DNA from: Lingula anatina
Taxonomy: Eukaryota; Animalia; Brachiopoda
Reading direction: 5' to 3'
Assembly (NCBI GenBank): GCA_051362555.1
Contig: CM120640.1
Span: forward strand, 34,615,967-34,679,966
Length of the DNA: 64,000 nt
In this document: positions 35,601 through 50,100 of the stretch, one piece after another
Layout: every line of letters starts with the position of its first letter
Numbering within the stretch: the stretch's first letter is position 1
The notes under the pieces: model-generated
Told to the model about the DNA's origin: nothing
Databases searched by the model: none
Seen by the model: the letters and a program-made list of their open reading frames with translations, nothing else
Program-made: the position numbers and the translations under genes

Positions 35601-38600
35601 CTTCTTCTCGTGTCACTTATGTGGCGATGAAATTGTCGTAATCTGAAACCCAGCGGATAAAACATAATTCTTGACCGTTACTGCCTGCAGTGATAGTTCC
35701 CCTACTTTTTCTCCACTTGGAAATGTTATATTTAATATTCCATACTCAGATTAATAATAATCCGGCATTTGATGTAGCATTCAATTAACTAATTAATTAA
35801 GGTTATAAAAAAGCGCGAGCGTCTTGTTAATTTGCTGTTAAATACGTTTTGGCGACAAATGTAGTCATCCTAGTGGCTGAAAGACTCCTTGAGAATAATA
35901 AAACTAAAGCAAATGCTGCTTAATGAAATTATGCCGAAAAACTCGAGACCAACGCAAATGAAAATATTTGATTTCTACGCTTTTTGCAAGATGAGAGTTT
36001 GCTTAATTTGTACAATTTATGATGGTGTAAAGTGTTGCTGGAGAGAAAAGGCTGACCTATTCGACCCTTGGAGAAATTTCTCATAAAGAATTGAATCTTA
36101 ATGATATCAAAATCTGAGAGCTTTTCGACTCTCTGTGTGTCAATGTTAAATGCAGCCATCGGCGGCTCTACACTTCACCGCAATAAACAAAGGAGATACC
36201 ACTGTCAAAGCCATTTCGCAACTTTGCGTGATACTTTTTGATGATTGTTCTGACCAAAGCAAATATCATCTTTACATTGTCATTATCTTGGCTTGTGCAT
36301 GAGCGGCGATGGTAAATTGATGACATTTTAAGAAATGAAAAAAAGGACCTCATTTCCAATGGGATTTTCTTAAAAATCAACCATCACTCGAACGCGCATC
36401 TTTGGGCTCAGATAGGGGAAATGAGGGAAAGTGTATTATCTGCTTGTACCCCAGGCTATTCCGGGGAATTGCTTTACTGAGAAAAAATATCATCGATCGA
36501 GGTCTGGTAGGAGCTCATGCGAAGCTGCGGTCTGAAAGAACAATTAAATATCTGTTTTATTTGCTCGCTATAATTTCCTGAATCGACATTGCTCCCTGAA
36601 AAGGCTTGAAACAAATCAGTGAGCTCCAAAAAAGGGAATTTAATACATCGTCCTGGAATTTGCGAGCATCATCGAGTAAGAAAAATATCAAATTTTGTTC
36701 ACGAGGTTCAGAAAGTCAACCAGGAAAAGCTGGTCAATATGATTACAATCAACTTCTTTTGTTTAATAACACTATCTTGGTTTTTTTCATCTTCATTAGT
36801 CAGGCAGTAGTTGGCGTCTCTTTTTATTATTCCTGATATGCATTACGCTTGAACACCCCCTCCCCCCCCAAAAAAAAAATCTAAATGAAAAACTTGTGAT
36901 ACACTCAATTATACATCTGTATTGTAGAAAGAAAAGTAAACGATATATATGTGTGTCTACGATGGTTTAAATACATTTAATGGATAGATATTTAGATAAT
37001 GGTTGATACAATTTTGTTTTGTTTGCAAAATAATAAGCTTATTTGGTGGAACAAAATCCGTTTATTCTTGATGGTAATGAAATGATGCATTTTAAAGAAT
37101 ATGTCACGTTCGTGAACTGTATGGATATTGGTTAAAGCAATGGAATTCCAGACGAGACACTGTAATCGTAATTGGTCCGTATTGACCAGGATCGGTTGCA
37201 TCATTTGCAATTCCTGAGAATTCAGGCTATTGTGAGTGAAGTGAAGTGTCAGGGACAACGAGATTTCCGTCAACTTGTCGCCCACTTCTCCTGCTTGATT
37301 TCCTCGTTGTTGGCATTTAGTCGAGATTCTTTTTTCATCTCGATCTACGTTGATCTTTACGGGCATCTGCCTGATACACTTATTTTATGTGGATTTCAAG
37401 GTGCCACATTATCCATTATTTCTGAAAAATTGCGGTTTAAGCAACATGTCGAGCTTAGACATAGTTCACCTGAACGCATCAAAAAAAGAGACAGCTCTCC
37501 TGCGCGTACATCAGTTGATGAAATGGTATAGTTATCGTTTTTTATCTTTCATGTCAGCTTTGCAGTAATAACTAACATTACACTCGGGTTGCGTAGACTG
37601 CATTATACAGTTAAATTCGCACATTTACTTACAGCTATAAAAAGAAGAATTAGTATGTATTAACTTTTACTCGACGCAGAATACAAAATTTCATAGTCCA
37701 ATATTTTGTTTGTGTGGGCGTGCACTAGTGTACATGAAATGGCAATTCACTGCAAAGTTTGGTAACGTTAACATGGAACAATATCAAGGTCGCTTAGTAA
37801 CATTATATGTCACAACGTTAACAGAATTGTCTAAATAAGATTTGCTAATTAAGCGAATTAAATAATTATGACATCTCTTGACCACGTCGTTCAGCTGTGT
37901 CTCTGAATAATTCTATCAAACCGCATGGACATGTTGACTTTACGTATTGATCGTCTACTTCTGTCTTTGTTTTGTGTTGATGAAATGCACTCGAGTGGAA
38001 AAACTAATCTGGCAACGCTGGCGTCGTGTTATTTCATCACTCAAAGAACAGATCGTTGCTTACACCACTCATCAAGGACGGGGTTCCAATGAGGGTGTAA
38101 TTCCCAGGTATTGATCACCGCGAGATGACCAATGCTGAGGGTTCGGTATGACCTGTAAAATTGCTGTTCAAATAAAAAAAATCTGAAAATATTATGTTAT
38201 AGATATGACCTGTGTTACTATATCCATTTGTTAATTAGGAAGGCTACGAAAATTGAAAAAAAAAAAAGCTTAAAGGTTTTAGTTTTTTTTATATCCCTTT
38301 CGGATAGACAAGGGTACTGTTTTTTATGTTTTCTTTAGAATATCCTCTCACTCTGTCATAGTTTTTTTAGTGAAGTTGAAATGTTTCGTTCTACACCTTA
38401 TCGAGATAGGAGAAATATGTTTTCCCTTTTTAGCTAAATCGATATAAAAAACATATTTAACAGAATTTTGATCGTTTTAATGCTTCATTTTTTCACACAG
38501 GAAGAAATTGCTGATCGAGTATTTTGTTGATAATTTTAAATTCTGTTCCTTACATTTTTGTTTTGTAAGCATAACGTTAAGATTTCACCAATATCAGCTT

Positions 38601-41104
38601 TTCTTAGAATAAAAATACCATTCCCAAGCAAGACACACCTTTTTACTTTTATAACATGACAGATGACCTGGCTTAATGCATGTAGTTCATTTGTACTCTA
38701 CGTTAACATGCGATTTCATACATTCTGAAACTTCAACAAAGACTATTTGTCTGGCAAGATCGTGGATGACATGGCCCCAGCCGCCAGTGACATTATATCC
38801 ACATTTTGTTTATTACCCTGTTGTCACACCGTACAGATTTATTTGATAAACTGCCCATAAAAGTGTCAAGACGATTGTCATCATAACAAACAGTCGAACA
38901 TTATTTTCATAACAATGACGCGGTTCGAAAATGATCATATTTTGGCAAAATAATTTTTTGTGGTTGAGAATACATTTTGTGTCATTTGGGCAGTGTTGGG
39001 AAGAATAATCCCTGCAAGATGAGCATTTGAAAAATATTACAGTATTTAAGATAACTTGAGGAATTAATAATATAAGTTACTAAGAGGAAAAATGCTCCTT
39101 TGGTGTATTTTTTCCGCATGCGAAATACATTTTGAACAAAGTCTTCTAACGTTTTTGTGACATTTCCCATCGAAGCTTTTTATTTTCTGGGTGTAAAGTG
39201 AATTTTGCAGTACATTTTATTTTCATATTAAACTGAAAATAGCGTCAAGAAATCTATAAAGCTAAGTTAAAGTATAGCATAGTTTATCATTGACCATAAC
39301 CATTCATTCAGACGTCAAGTCTCAATGGATGACGACCCCAACCTTCGCGGGCGTGGTATACCGATTCTCGATTTCTGATGTTAGCTGCTTGGTTATCCTA
39401 TTTGTACATATTGTCATTTACTGATAAAGCGGTTAATTAATTGTTCAAAGACCCATATAATCAGCTCTTTCTTACGTCGCACACAAAAACAGTGAGCAGC
39501 CGTTTCAAGATGGCTGCCTGGGGCGCAGTGGCCGGTGTAAAAGCCATGGAAGTTGTTTACTCTGTAGTATTAGGTGGCAAAGGTCCAAGATAGTTCGACC
39601 ACCTAATTGATCATGCCATTCGAAGATAATTTAGTGGAAAAAATCAACCCTTTCACATTTTTCTGGCAACATTTTAATGTATTAAATATCGGTCAGTAGG
39701 TTCAGGGAGATTTACCAAGTATCTGACGGCCGAGGCAAACAAACTGAATTAGGCGTACACACACTGCCCAGGATGCCTTAGAGGGAGGCTCCTCGTGAAA
39801 ACGGTGCACTATCGGCTGTTTGAGCAAATTTGCTCAGTAGTAACTTGCAGTCAGAGATGCTTGTTCACACCGCGCTGGATATGTTTGTTGACAGAAGCGT
39901 GTCTGAACGGAGTTTGAAAGAAGTTCAGCAGATTATCCGACGTGCATCACGTCACACCTTTCCCACGATTCACTTTTTCACCAATAAGTGTAACTGACGT
40001 TCGGTAAATTTGATAGTTAATGATAAGAAAATAAGAAGGCTAATTCTCAAAGCATGCTACTTGTTTATTTTAGTTGATATTTTGAAAACTAAACTTTGAA
40101 TTAAAAACGAAGAAAACTTGCACGTTTGATTATCTTTTAATCAAACATGTTTCGAGAAAAACAATTCGTAAATCTTTTCATTCAGAGTTTTGTTTTGAAA
40201 ACAATTTTTCGCTAGAATTAGTAGCCGGTGCAACGTTTAAAATGGATTGCGCAAAGTCAAAGAATAAATAAAATCAATAAATACTTGGCAAAGAAGCGAA
40301 AGAAAACTATTATTCGGACGGTGTTGGTAAAATGAGAAAACGAAAATACAGAGAAATAAAGATAGCATATGGAATCACGACAACATTGAGTGAGAAATCG
40401 GATACAGTGAATGTTAAAGTAAATTTTAAGTACGGCGAACGCATCCGCACAATAATACCTCCAATTTCGTAACAGACGCGACAAAAATAATTGAGCCACG
40501 CTACAATGGTTAAGAACGGTCAGTTGCTCCGAGATATTCTGGACACTCCATCAAGTGTAAGTTAGATCTTTTATGAACTGGCCGTAAGTCAATGCTTTCC
40601 AATCGACATCAAATGTATAATATGTTGGTATGAAAAGATTACTACCATGACATGCATCACTGACTAGTTACACATAGCTAAAGCAGCCCTATGTCTCGCA
40701 GGCGCCTCCCCTTCTGACAAAGTTGTTGTTTCTTTCCTTTCGACCAATCAGAGACTAGGCAACTCAAACCTTCCACTGCGATACAATTTGAATCTAAATC
40801 GACTGTAATTATGTCTGCGTACACTATCAAATCATATGCGACAAAATACCTTCACTTGGCAGCATTTTTATGATTCGCATTCGACCGTAGCGCCGAGTGT
40901 TGGTCGATCAATCTGTGCAAAGCTTCTTCCCATTTTCACCTCAGTCGTGTCTTCGACAGAGAAAAAAAATTCGTCTGCCTAACTCCAAGAAGATTGCACA
41001 CGCAGTGTTATCTCTGTTTAACTCCAGAGGTCGTCCCAGTAGCTGCTGCGAGACTCACTAATCTTAGAACAGCGAAAGACACTTTTTTCAGCAGTGAAAA
41101 GAAT

Positions 41105-41140
41105 ATGTCGTTCATCGCCCTGGACTCTAACTCCTGGCAG
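41105..41140 (+). CDS. TFAP2: Candidate distal first coding exon of TFAP2 (MSFIALDSNSWQ)
   Basis: ATG with A at -3, 12 codons, near-consensus donor CAG|GTAAGC, phase 0 matching exon 2. Resembles the vertebrate TFAP2A alternative N-terminus MSILAKMGDWQ|DRH. CCAAT box at about 40744. Confidence 0.7.
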
Positions 41141-44100
41141 GTAAGCTTATTCCCTCGATATCTTGAGCTGGCAACCTTGGCATGATGTTTTCTGACACTG
41201 AAAGCAACTCGTTCGGGGCTTTATGGTTGATTATTTTCCCGGCTTAGTAGCCAAGTGTATCTATTCATTAAGTACATGCATGCGTAAGTCTCCATTCAGG
41301 CAAGACTGGGAGGCGTAATTTTGCTATTTTACTACCGGTTACCGAGAGGGGGATAAGACATACTTTGGTGTTTAGCGGTAATCCCTAAGGTTGTTAGGTC
41401 CTCCAAGATGCTCTCGTATGAGCTATAAGAAGTTTACTGAGCTTTCTTATCGAGATGACCTTCCTGTGTGCAGGATGACAGTAAGAAAACATCTCGAGGG
41501 GGAACAAACTTCTATCGCGTTTACAATTTTTCTCAGGCACTGTGAAGAGTATATTTGAAACCAGTAAATATCCTCAGTATCTGAAGATCTCATGAAGGCA
41601 ATATTTTAGGGAGTTTGCGGTCGACTAAGTGCAGTTTTCTCGTTTCTTTTAGGGGAACACGTTGTGACACCTCCCCCTTTTGAAATAAGAACCTACTTGC
41701 AGATTACTTGCAAGACGGTGCCAAATAACTTAATATAAAAAGAAAGTATTTTCAAGTTTTTTTAGGCAGTTGAAGTTCAGGGGAAAGAAAAAAAATGAAG
41801 GTGTTTTGGTGGGATGTAGAGTTATTTCGCATGACCGTGTCCACGAGGATTTTACTTCATGATTCATATTTTCAGCCCGAAGCAAAATCACTCATGATTT
41901 ATGGATTCATCCTCGAAGGCATACAGTGCCTAGGTATATAATTTTCATTTTTACAGACTGACTGCACCTAATGAGCTCATTTGTTGCTCTATACCTGGAC
42001 ATCTTTATTTCTAATATATTTTCGTTGCCTTTGAATCCTTTTCTTCTTACTAAATAACAAACGAAAATATGCCTTGAATTTTAGTCAAAGTTTTCTTTTC
42101 GCTTTGGTTTATATTATAGTCTTGAACTATTCGTCAACCCGCCTGTTTCAGAGAGTGGTCAATAAAGGTGTAGCATTTGACCTCTGTATTAGTTTTCTCT
42201 TCCACGCTGTGCTCTGGGCAGTTTAGATTTTCTCTTGTTTTCTGTCAACTTTTCAAGGGGTCATCACCTGTAAATAACCCAAGGAAAAACCAAGGTGTAT
42301 TCACACTATATACGACCCTGATGTGGTGTTGTACTTGTGCTGGTATGGGCGGACTTTCTAAGCCCCTGGGTTGGGGAATTTGGTCTCATTTAGAGCCTTT
42401 AATGACAGTCCCTGCCTCTGGCAGTCAAACGATCACCTTAGACTTCAACAAAGTATTTCACCCATACCCAATATCATAGGCAAATTGTAGAAACTTCAAA
42501 TGACTTTTTTTTAGATTATGGTGAGATTCAAATTCTTTTTGTCGTGTTTTAAAAGGAATTAATTACGTGATGACTATATTAAACCATGTTTTAGCGTGCC
42601 ATTGCATCATATTTCAATTCTTCTTTTAACCACAGACAGTCGGAACATTCTCCCGGTAGCTAAATCTCGACGCGACAAGGGACAAACAGGGACATGTTAA
42701 CGCCTTAAACAGACGTTGCTTTGGGTATAAACGCGCGCACACGCAGACACACATACACACAAACACGCACACATTTACACACCGAAAGAGAAAAGAAAGA
42801 GAGAAAGATTGAGAAGGACAGAAATGGAAGACGAGCAACCAATCGACTTCTAATGATTCATTAATGAAGACAATACAAATCATATCCTCGCTATTCTTGC
42901 ATGTTATTCCGGGAAAATCTTAGAAGCAATTTGCTCTGCTCCTTATTTCCCGCAGCAGGTGCTCCTGGAGATGATAATGGAAAGGTTGCATTCTTTCACC
43001 CATTATGAAAACGAATTAAATAAAAGCAGTCACGGAAGGAAAAACAAAGGTAGTCGTTTGTCAGACAAAAAGCACATGCAACCATGCTCTTCATTAACAA
43101 GGCGAATAAGTTCTATCTTAAATATCTTTGCCTTCAAAAAAAAAAAAAAAAAAAAGGCAACGGGTAAAATTGACATTGAAATGGAATGAATGAATGAATA
43201 AATGAATGAACGAACGAGTGAATGAATGACTAAATAAGTGAATGAGAGATTGAACAACAAATAAAAAATTGTACGAAATAATCCAGGGGTTAAGAGACGA
43301 AAAATAGACAAAATTGTGATTGAATGAAGAATGAACAGGCGAATAAGCATGTAAGCATTTGTATAATTTGTTGATAAAGAAACCAGTTTAAATACAACAC
43401 TTTCAAATGTGCTTTCTGAGCCTGATTGTGGTCTGTTGAAAAGTAGAAGGTAGAAGCAAATGGCTAGCTTTCGACCTCCATAACCTTTCAATGAACTCTC
43501 CCGTTATGGGTTGTTGTGATATAGGAAACTTGATATGTATTATGTGATATTTTAGCAGGGCTTAATTGAGATGTAATTATATGCAATAACAATACATTCT
43601 GCTGATACAAAAAAAAAAAAAAAAATTACAGAAAATGATTTCTGTGGTTGCAGATGAAGTAGACATGCGCACTAAGTTTTAATATTAGCCTCGGATTAAG
43701 CCGTCTGAGACGAATTAAGTTGGCGTTGCGCACAGTTACATCAAAGTTCCATAATGGCAACACTCTGCGTACTCTTGCCTGAAGACAGGCGTGTGCTTGC
43801 TTACAATATTTTAAAGATTTAACCCAAGAAACATAATCCCTGTAAATGGCTGGCAAACCACACATTCGCTGTGGAAATATTGTTATTAGATATTACCTAT
43901 CGGTTTGCGGTGATTAGTGTAGTGGCATAACAGAGGAAATTTATTTTGACTTGTAAGAAACCCGCTAATTACTCACGAGGTGAAACTGTCATTAATACGT
44001 TTTTTTAACCTGTTATTAATGAGGTTAAATTGATAGAATTATTTTCATATATCCTGATTTTGCTGCATTTAATTTTTCTTGTAGATTTATCAATGATTAA

Positions 44101-47100
44101 AGGAAGCGCAAAATCACAATGAAGGACTGTTAAATATTTTCAGCTTACATAGATATATAAATTACACAAATTTCTTGTAATATCCATAATTTTGATTTGC
44201 ATCATATTAAGTTAAAACATTTTTAAAGATCCGATTATTCAATAATAAACGGACCATATTGATTTTCAGTATTAAGTGAATATCAATTTGGACATTCTTC
44301 TATATTTCAAAAGAAAATTTAAAAGAATTGCGCTGTGAAAAAATATCAATTTTAGCGCTTGCAATTTTTGTAAAGTTTTCGTTTAAACTAACAGTACAAT
44401 AATAATTTTGCTCATTCTTATGGACCGAATGGATTTTTCTGAAAATCAGGCACACGTGTTATTCTGCTAATTTCTAGTGCATGCGTATACGAGGTATTAA
44501 TTTTCCGCGAAGAAAGGAAAATCAAAATCGACCAAAGAGCACATCAGTATTTTTCTTCTTGATTACCGTGATACAAAGGGGACATGGAAGAAAAGTCCAG
44601 AGAGTGCATTTCGTCGCGTGACAATGCGGATTAAGCTGAGCCCCTCCATTAATAGAACTCTATTTTCAATAATAGTATTTTCTTGATCAGCTCAAAGTTT
44701 ACGCTCGACCAGGCGATCAGCTATTGAATCTCGTTTAATGGGGCCCAAGTGATCTGCTCGTGCACCCAAAGGCCGTCTGCTCGACTTTTGATCACTGTTA
44801 ATCCCCCCGTGTTCACTTGGTTTCCTCGTTACCTCCGTACAATGGAAGATTCTTTCAAACTCATGTTTGTGTAATTCATCAGCTCCCGCCATCAGCCATC
44901 ATCTGTTCTCTCTTCGTATTAGCCTCTCAATTTAGATTAAATGAATCAGAAATAATATTGGCAACCAATCCGTTTCAAATTCATAACCCCGCCAGTAGAT
45001 TTTGTGCAATTTTGGGAAGTGCATATTTTCTGCGGTTGCCCAGAGACGGGATACTCACCGCACAGTGGGGCTTGCTTTTTTTTCAAGTTTAAAAAAATAC
45101 CTTCTCAATTTTCTGAAGACGGCGGTCTACTTTAGTGGGTAGACATTGTTGTCAGGCAAGCAGATAATGGTATGCGAGTTACATTCGGTATTGTGCATAC
45201 ATATATATAAGTGTTGGAGCTATATCGGATATTTCACGCCTAAAAATATCATTGGGAAATGAGGCCATCGAAAGTTTTGTGCTACGGATGACCTATTGAC
45301 ACCAAGAAAACAGTTCCGCAGAAAATGGCGATGAAGTGAACGACGGAAGCTCCGTGGGTCGCCATTAAGGAAGACGCGAAAAGTCATAAACTTGAAATCT
45401 GAATTAATTTCTTATGCTGGTATGCTTATGAAATGGACATATGTTGAAATTCCGAAGTCTTTTGTATGGTGAATCACACATATTCGATACCACCCACGGA
45501 ACTCACGAGCCTACTTCAAGCCGGCGTTCTCGTCACAGTGATCACTTCTTTTCATTAATTAGTTTTAATTAGATAAAGCCATATGGTGTCAGTGAGCACC
45601 ATTAAGACGAGCAATTACTAGAGCATTGGAATGTCGGACATAAAAATTATTCTGGTGAACGCCGAGAGGTGAAAAGTTTCAGAACAGATCAGGAGGAGCA
45701 AGAGCTTATTAGTCGAAAGCACCAAGCAGATATTCTAAGCAGAGTATCTACGGATTATAAATGAACGTAAGTGTACCGAAATTACCCGTCTCAAGTAATT
45801 GCCCATAATTTGAACGGTTAAGATTGATGGTGATATACCGCAATTTGTATTACAGTCCTGGTATATTTATCAAGGCGCCTGTGTTTTGAAAGCCATGATT
45901 TCAGAATCTCTCTAAGCATCTCGGACACGATACAAGCCTGTGTGATGATAGGAAGCGACTTTGTTGTCCATCCTTTCGTTGTCCAAATGTCTCAATTTCC
46001 CTCGATATATAGACATTATATTGAAAATATTTTATCGAAGTCTGGTAATGTTGGCGCGGATATGTTCGTCTCAAACGGCAGCACATGTATTATTAGAATT
46101 GGGCAATATTTTCCGTAGATTGAATAACATATTGGTGTTTTCCTAAGAGATTAATCATACCCATATTCTTCTTAATTTATATCATAATCCTTACCTTTGT
46201 CTACTGAAAATTGTACCGCTATAGGACTGTTTGATGTGCCAGAGTTATTTGGTTCCAGTCTCCTATTCGTGCATCTCTAAAACTTACTGAATTATTATCT
46301 TAATTTTTGTAAAACAATTATTGTAATTAATATAATATCTCTCTGAAGAAAATATAAAAATAAAAAAATTACTTGAAAAAAATTAGTGAAGTAGTACAAA
46401 TTTATGCACGATTGTCAAGCAAGATTTTACATTTTTTGATGAGTATGTTTTTGTTTAATTTTTTGGTATTTCTCATGAGAAGGAAAAAAGGAAAAGAAAT
46501 GTATTTTTGAGTCAAGGTGTAGGTTAAAAAGCGTGCTTAAGATCTTGCTCGTTTCAGAATCTAATGTGTCGGGCAAAAGAAAATATACCCACATTCTTCA
46601 AAGGACAAAAACGTGTTTTCCCCCACCACGATTTCTATTCATAGCTTTGTTACCAATCTCTTTTTCACAGGGTTCATTAGTGCGCCGCCATGTTGGCACA
46701 TATTTGACTTCCAGTTGAATTTAAATATTTGTGCTCGTCTGCAAACCATTTCTCCATTTGTTTGGCGCATGCGTTTGATCTCCACTTTGCTGGCGGATTT
46801 TCACTAAATTAAAAGTTATATCAATGACTAAATCTCGCAAATACAAATTCGGAGTACATAGGATTTAATGCAATTCGTTAAGTAACATACGCTTTTAACT
46901 TCAGCTATGTAAATGTTGCAAGTAAATACTGGGGATTCAACCAGAATGGCTGCAGTAAGTGAGGAACACTTTAGTGGCAAAATAGCAGCCTTTTGATGTG
47001 GTACATTAGGATAATAGTCACCCTTATATACCATATTTTAGGGCCATTTGATAAGCTTGGGGATCAAACAATTTGAGACGTGTGTTTACTTTCGGAGAGG

Positions 47101-50100
47101 TCAAAATAAATTATTATATTTGTTTTCAAGTAACATCCAATATAATTTTGATGAGAAACCAGGAGTTCTTATTTAATTTTTATACAGAGAGAGAGAGAGA
47201 GAGCGGGAGGGAGGGAGGGAGGGGTTAAAGAAGAATATAAGAGAGAGAGAGAAACTTTATCTCTGTACCTTTATTTTTTATTGCACTCAAGTCACAATGA
47301 TTTCCCAACCCCTTTGACCTAGCAATTGTGATGAAATGAAAAAAATACTGTACGAAGTGTGTTAAGCAGCAAATGAAATTGAAAAAAAAAATCAAAATAA
47401 CTCTCCTACAGGTAGCCAGGTATTAATCATGGTATCTTTGACGGTGTTTCTTCTGCAGTAACAACGATTTACCGGTCCAGTGCTCGGCCGGTGGGAGGTT
47501 CAGTTGGCTTTATAAGATCTTGTTACAGCGCACTTCAAAATGACTCAAAATGGCTGTATCTCTTTTTGTCGGGTTTATTAAAAGTCATTAGCGAAACAAA
47601 TAAGCACAGGCTTTGAACTTTTTTGCTTTGATATAAAGCTACTCGGTCACTCTATTGGTAACTTTATTAAGCGATTGTAAGAATTGAAGCTCACATCTGC
47701 GTGAAACCAAGGCCCCATGGGGAAGGACGCTCTCAGAAGAAATCCCTAAACATGAGATAAAATGTCTTTCCGGAAAAAATGTTAACTTAAAAGGTGCTAC
47801 TTTAAGATTAATACCTCACTGTGTTAAAAACCCAAGAGACGCTTAACTAACACAAAAGTCTTTCAGAATGTCTAGCCTGTTATACTGAAAATGCGCGTTT
47901 TTTTGTGTCCGTTTCTAAAAGCACGCGGGCGCTTCTCGCTGTAACTTTCACATTTAATTTGCTCGAAGGGATGGAGACCAGCTCCATTTAGTGGAAAAAT
48001 TTATCAGCTCTCCATGTTTCTTTTCAATGCTTTTCCTCTTGTTCATCAACAGTTATAAATTCAACCATGTGATTATGCAACAGATGCATCGAAGCTTACA
48101 AGTAGGGAGGGTGAATGCATTAAGTGTGCCCATCAAAACAATGTTGCCGTTAGAGTTATGTAGGAGTATTCAGATGCTGTTTGGTTGGAATATTGGCTGA
48201 AAATAGACGTGCAGGTGCTGCTCTGTCCCGCTTGGTGCACCTTCCTCCACTTCCAAATACAGAACCTCTCTGAACACACTTAATGAATATTAGGTGAATT
48301 TCATTTGCCGATTTAATTGTGTTACGTGAATAAAAGCGATTCCCCGAGCCTTACAGACCTGCGGGCTAAGATTATTTTATTACAAAACTTGAGTGTTCGA
48401 ATATGACTGCTTGACCCCAGGTCTTGGCTTTCTGTGTTTTTTCTTCCGACCCATCTTGTAAAATAAAGCCAAGAAACCACACCATTCTACAAAACAATGG
48501 CCAGTGTTACCGTGAAAATAGCTGATAATTACCGAATGGCCTGCAGCTCCGAGACATCAGACATATACAGGCTGAATCTCACGATAACGAGAGATAATAC
48601 GGAGCTCTTGCTCCCAGCAGCACTCAACTGTAATTTAATTTTGATAGCATTTAATTAAAGTTTATTTCATTGCTATATATCAACAGCAATCAAGGTCTAT
48701 TATTGTGATACGACAGTTAGAGACCGTTAGGGAGAGAGTGACGTTGGATTACGGAAAAGTGGAGAACTTGCGTCTAGGATATGATGGATTTGGAATGTTC
48801 TATACAGTAGTTGATGCGAGGAAATAATTTTTATCATTGAGTGACTTGTATATAATGGATCCAGTACATGGTATGCATTTTCCTTCCACGGCAGATGCCA
48901 GTTTACCGCTGGAATACGGCGTAAGTGTTAACATTTCTTCAATATTGTATTTAGTTTTTTTTTTTGTATATCCAGATGTCCTGGTAAAGAGGGCTTTGTA
49001 CCGGGTATATTAGGTGGTTAACTTGACGCAAGACCTTGCATAAGACTATATGTGTTTGCATTGTCGGGTAGGTCGTAACATCATGATGCTGTTCTCAGTG
49101 GGAACACAAAGGCGTGTTTGCTTTGCCTTTTTTATGGCAAACACTTTTTTTGTTCTCGTTCTATTTTTCCATAAACGCGATATAAATAGTGTAAAACGAA
49201 ATCAATCATAGTTGTCTGATAACACCGACTCCGGAAAGGACACCCTTTTGCTTTCGGAACTTCCTCACAGTAAGCTTTTTTTGAGAACGGTTTCGATTTT
49301 TCCGGCCTCTCTTGTGTTCTGCACACTAAGGACCAGGGAGCCGAAATGTGTTTTTGTTAAATATTATTGTCTGGTGAAGTGTTTTCCTTTAAAGAGATAT
49401 TGTGATATTTTAGCATTGAAAATACGCCATAATTAATTCACATAGATCATATCATAGATGTTGAGGGATTATTTTAGGTGACATTTTACAATCAATATTC
49501 TCTGAAACTTTTAGAGTATTGACTGAAACACGTCTATTTTCTTGAGATGAGACAATGCTATATGACTAATTATTGAAGACCTCTTACAAATTGTTTAATG
49601 TATCGTTTGTATTAATATCAAAATGAAATGAAAAAGTGATTTGGTCTGTTGTTCTCTTTTTTAAGTTGCATAATGCTAAGTCGTTTTTTTATCTGATTTT
49701 CTTTTTTTTTTCATAAAACGTTGTCGACCTTAGAGGATATTTTGACTCCATATTGTAACAAAAGACAGACACTGTACATTAATATCTCAAGTTGAGTTTT
49801 ATGCATTGTCTCTTTATCAGGGACGCCTATGAAACTTCTGCGTCTTGTCTGCAAGGTCGCGGGCTCATGGTTATGTCTTGTTTTCCAATGGTTGATGAAG
49901 TGCTCTAGCACACTGCTAGTTCAAACTGTCGAACCTTCCGCCTACTGGCGAGATAATTAGCATGATTACTATTCCCAATCGCCGGCCAATTTTTCCGTAA
50001 GTGTCCCCCAGTTGGCCTTGCTCGGATCAATCACTATTGATCCGCTATGAAGCGTTGCGTATGGTGCTAAGACCTCTCATGCCACTGTGACAGATATTTT

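Noticed and set aside
39857-39883. MLVHTALDM, resembling vertebrate TFAP2 first exons MLVHSFSAM / MLVHTYSAM
   Set aside because: No phase-0 GT donor follows the second Met (sequence continues TTTGTTG); probably coincidence, though a decayed exon cannot be excluded.
43779-43802. CTGAAGA followed by a CAGGC/GCTTG hairpin as a second hammerhead
   Set aside because: Lacks the GAAA box and stem I pairing.
45761-46960. ATG AAC|GTAAGT and ATG GCT GCA|GTAAGT as extra TFAP2 micro first exons
   Set aside because: Only 2-3 codons, no supporting promoter signals; expected by chance.
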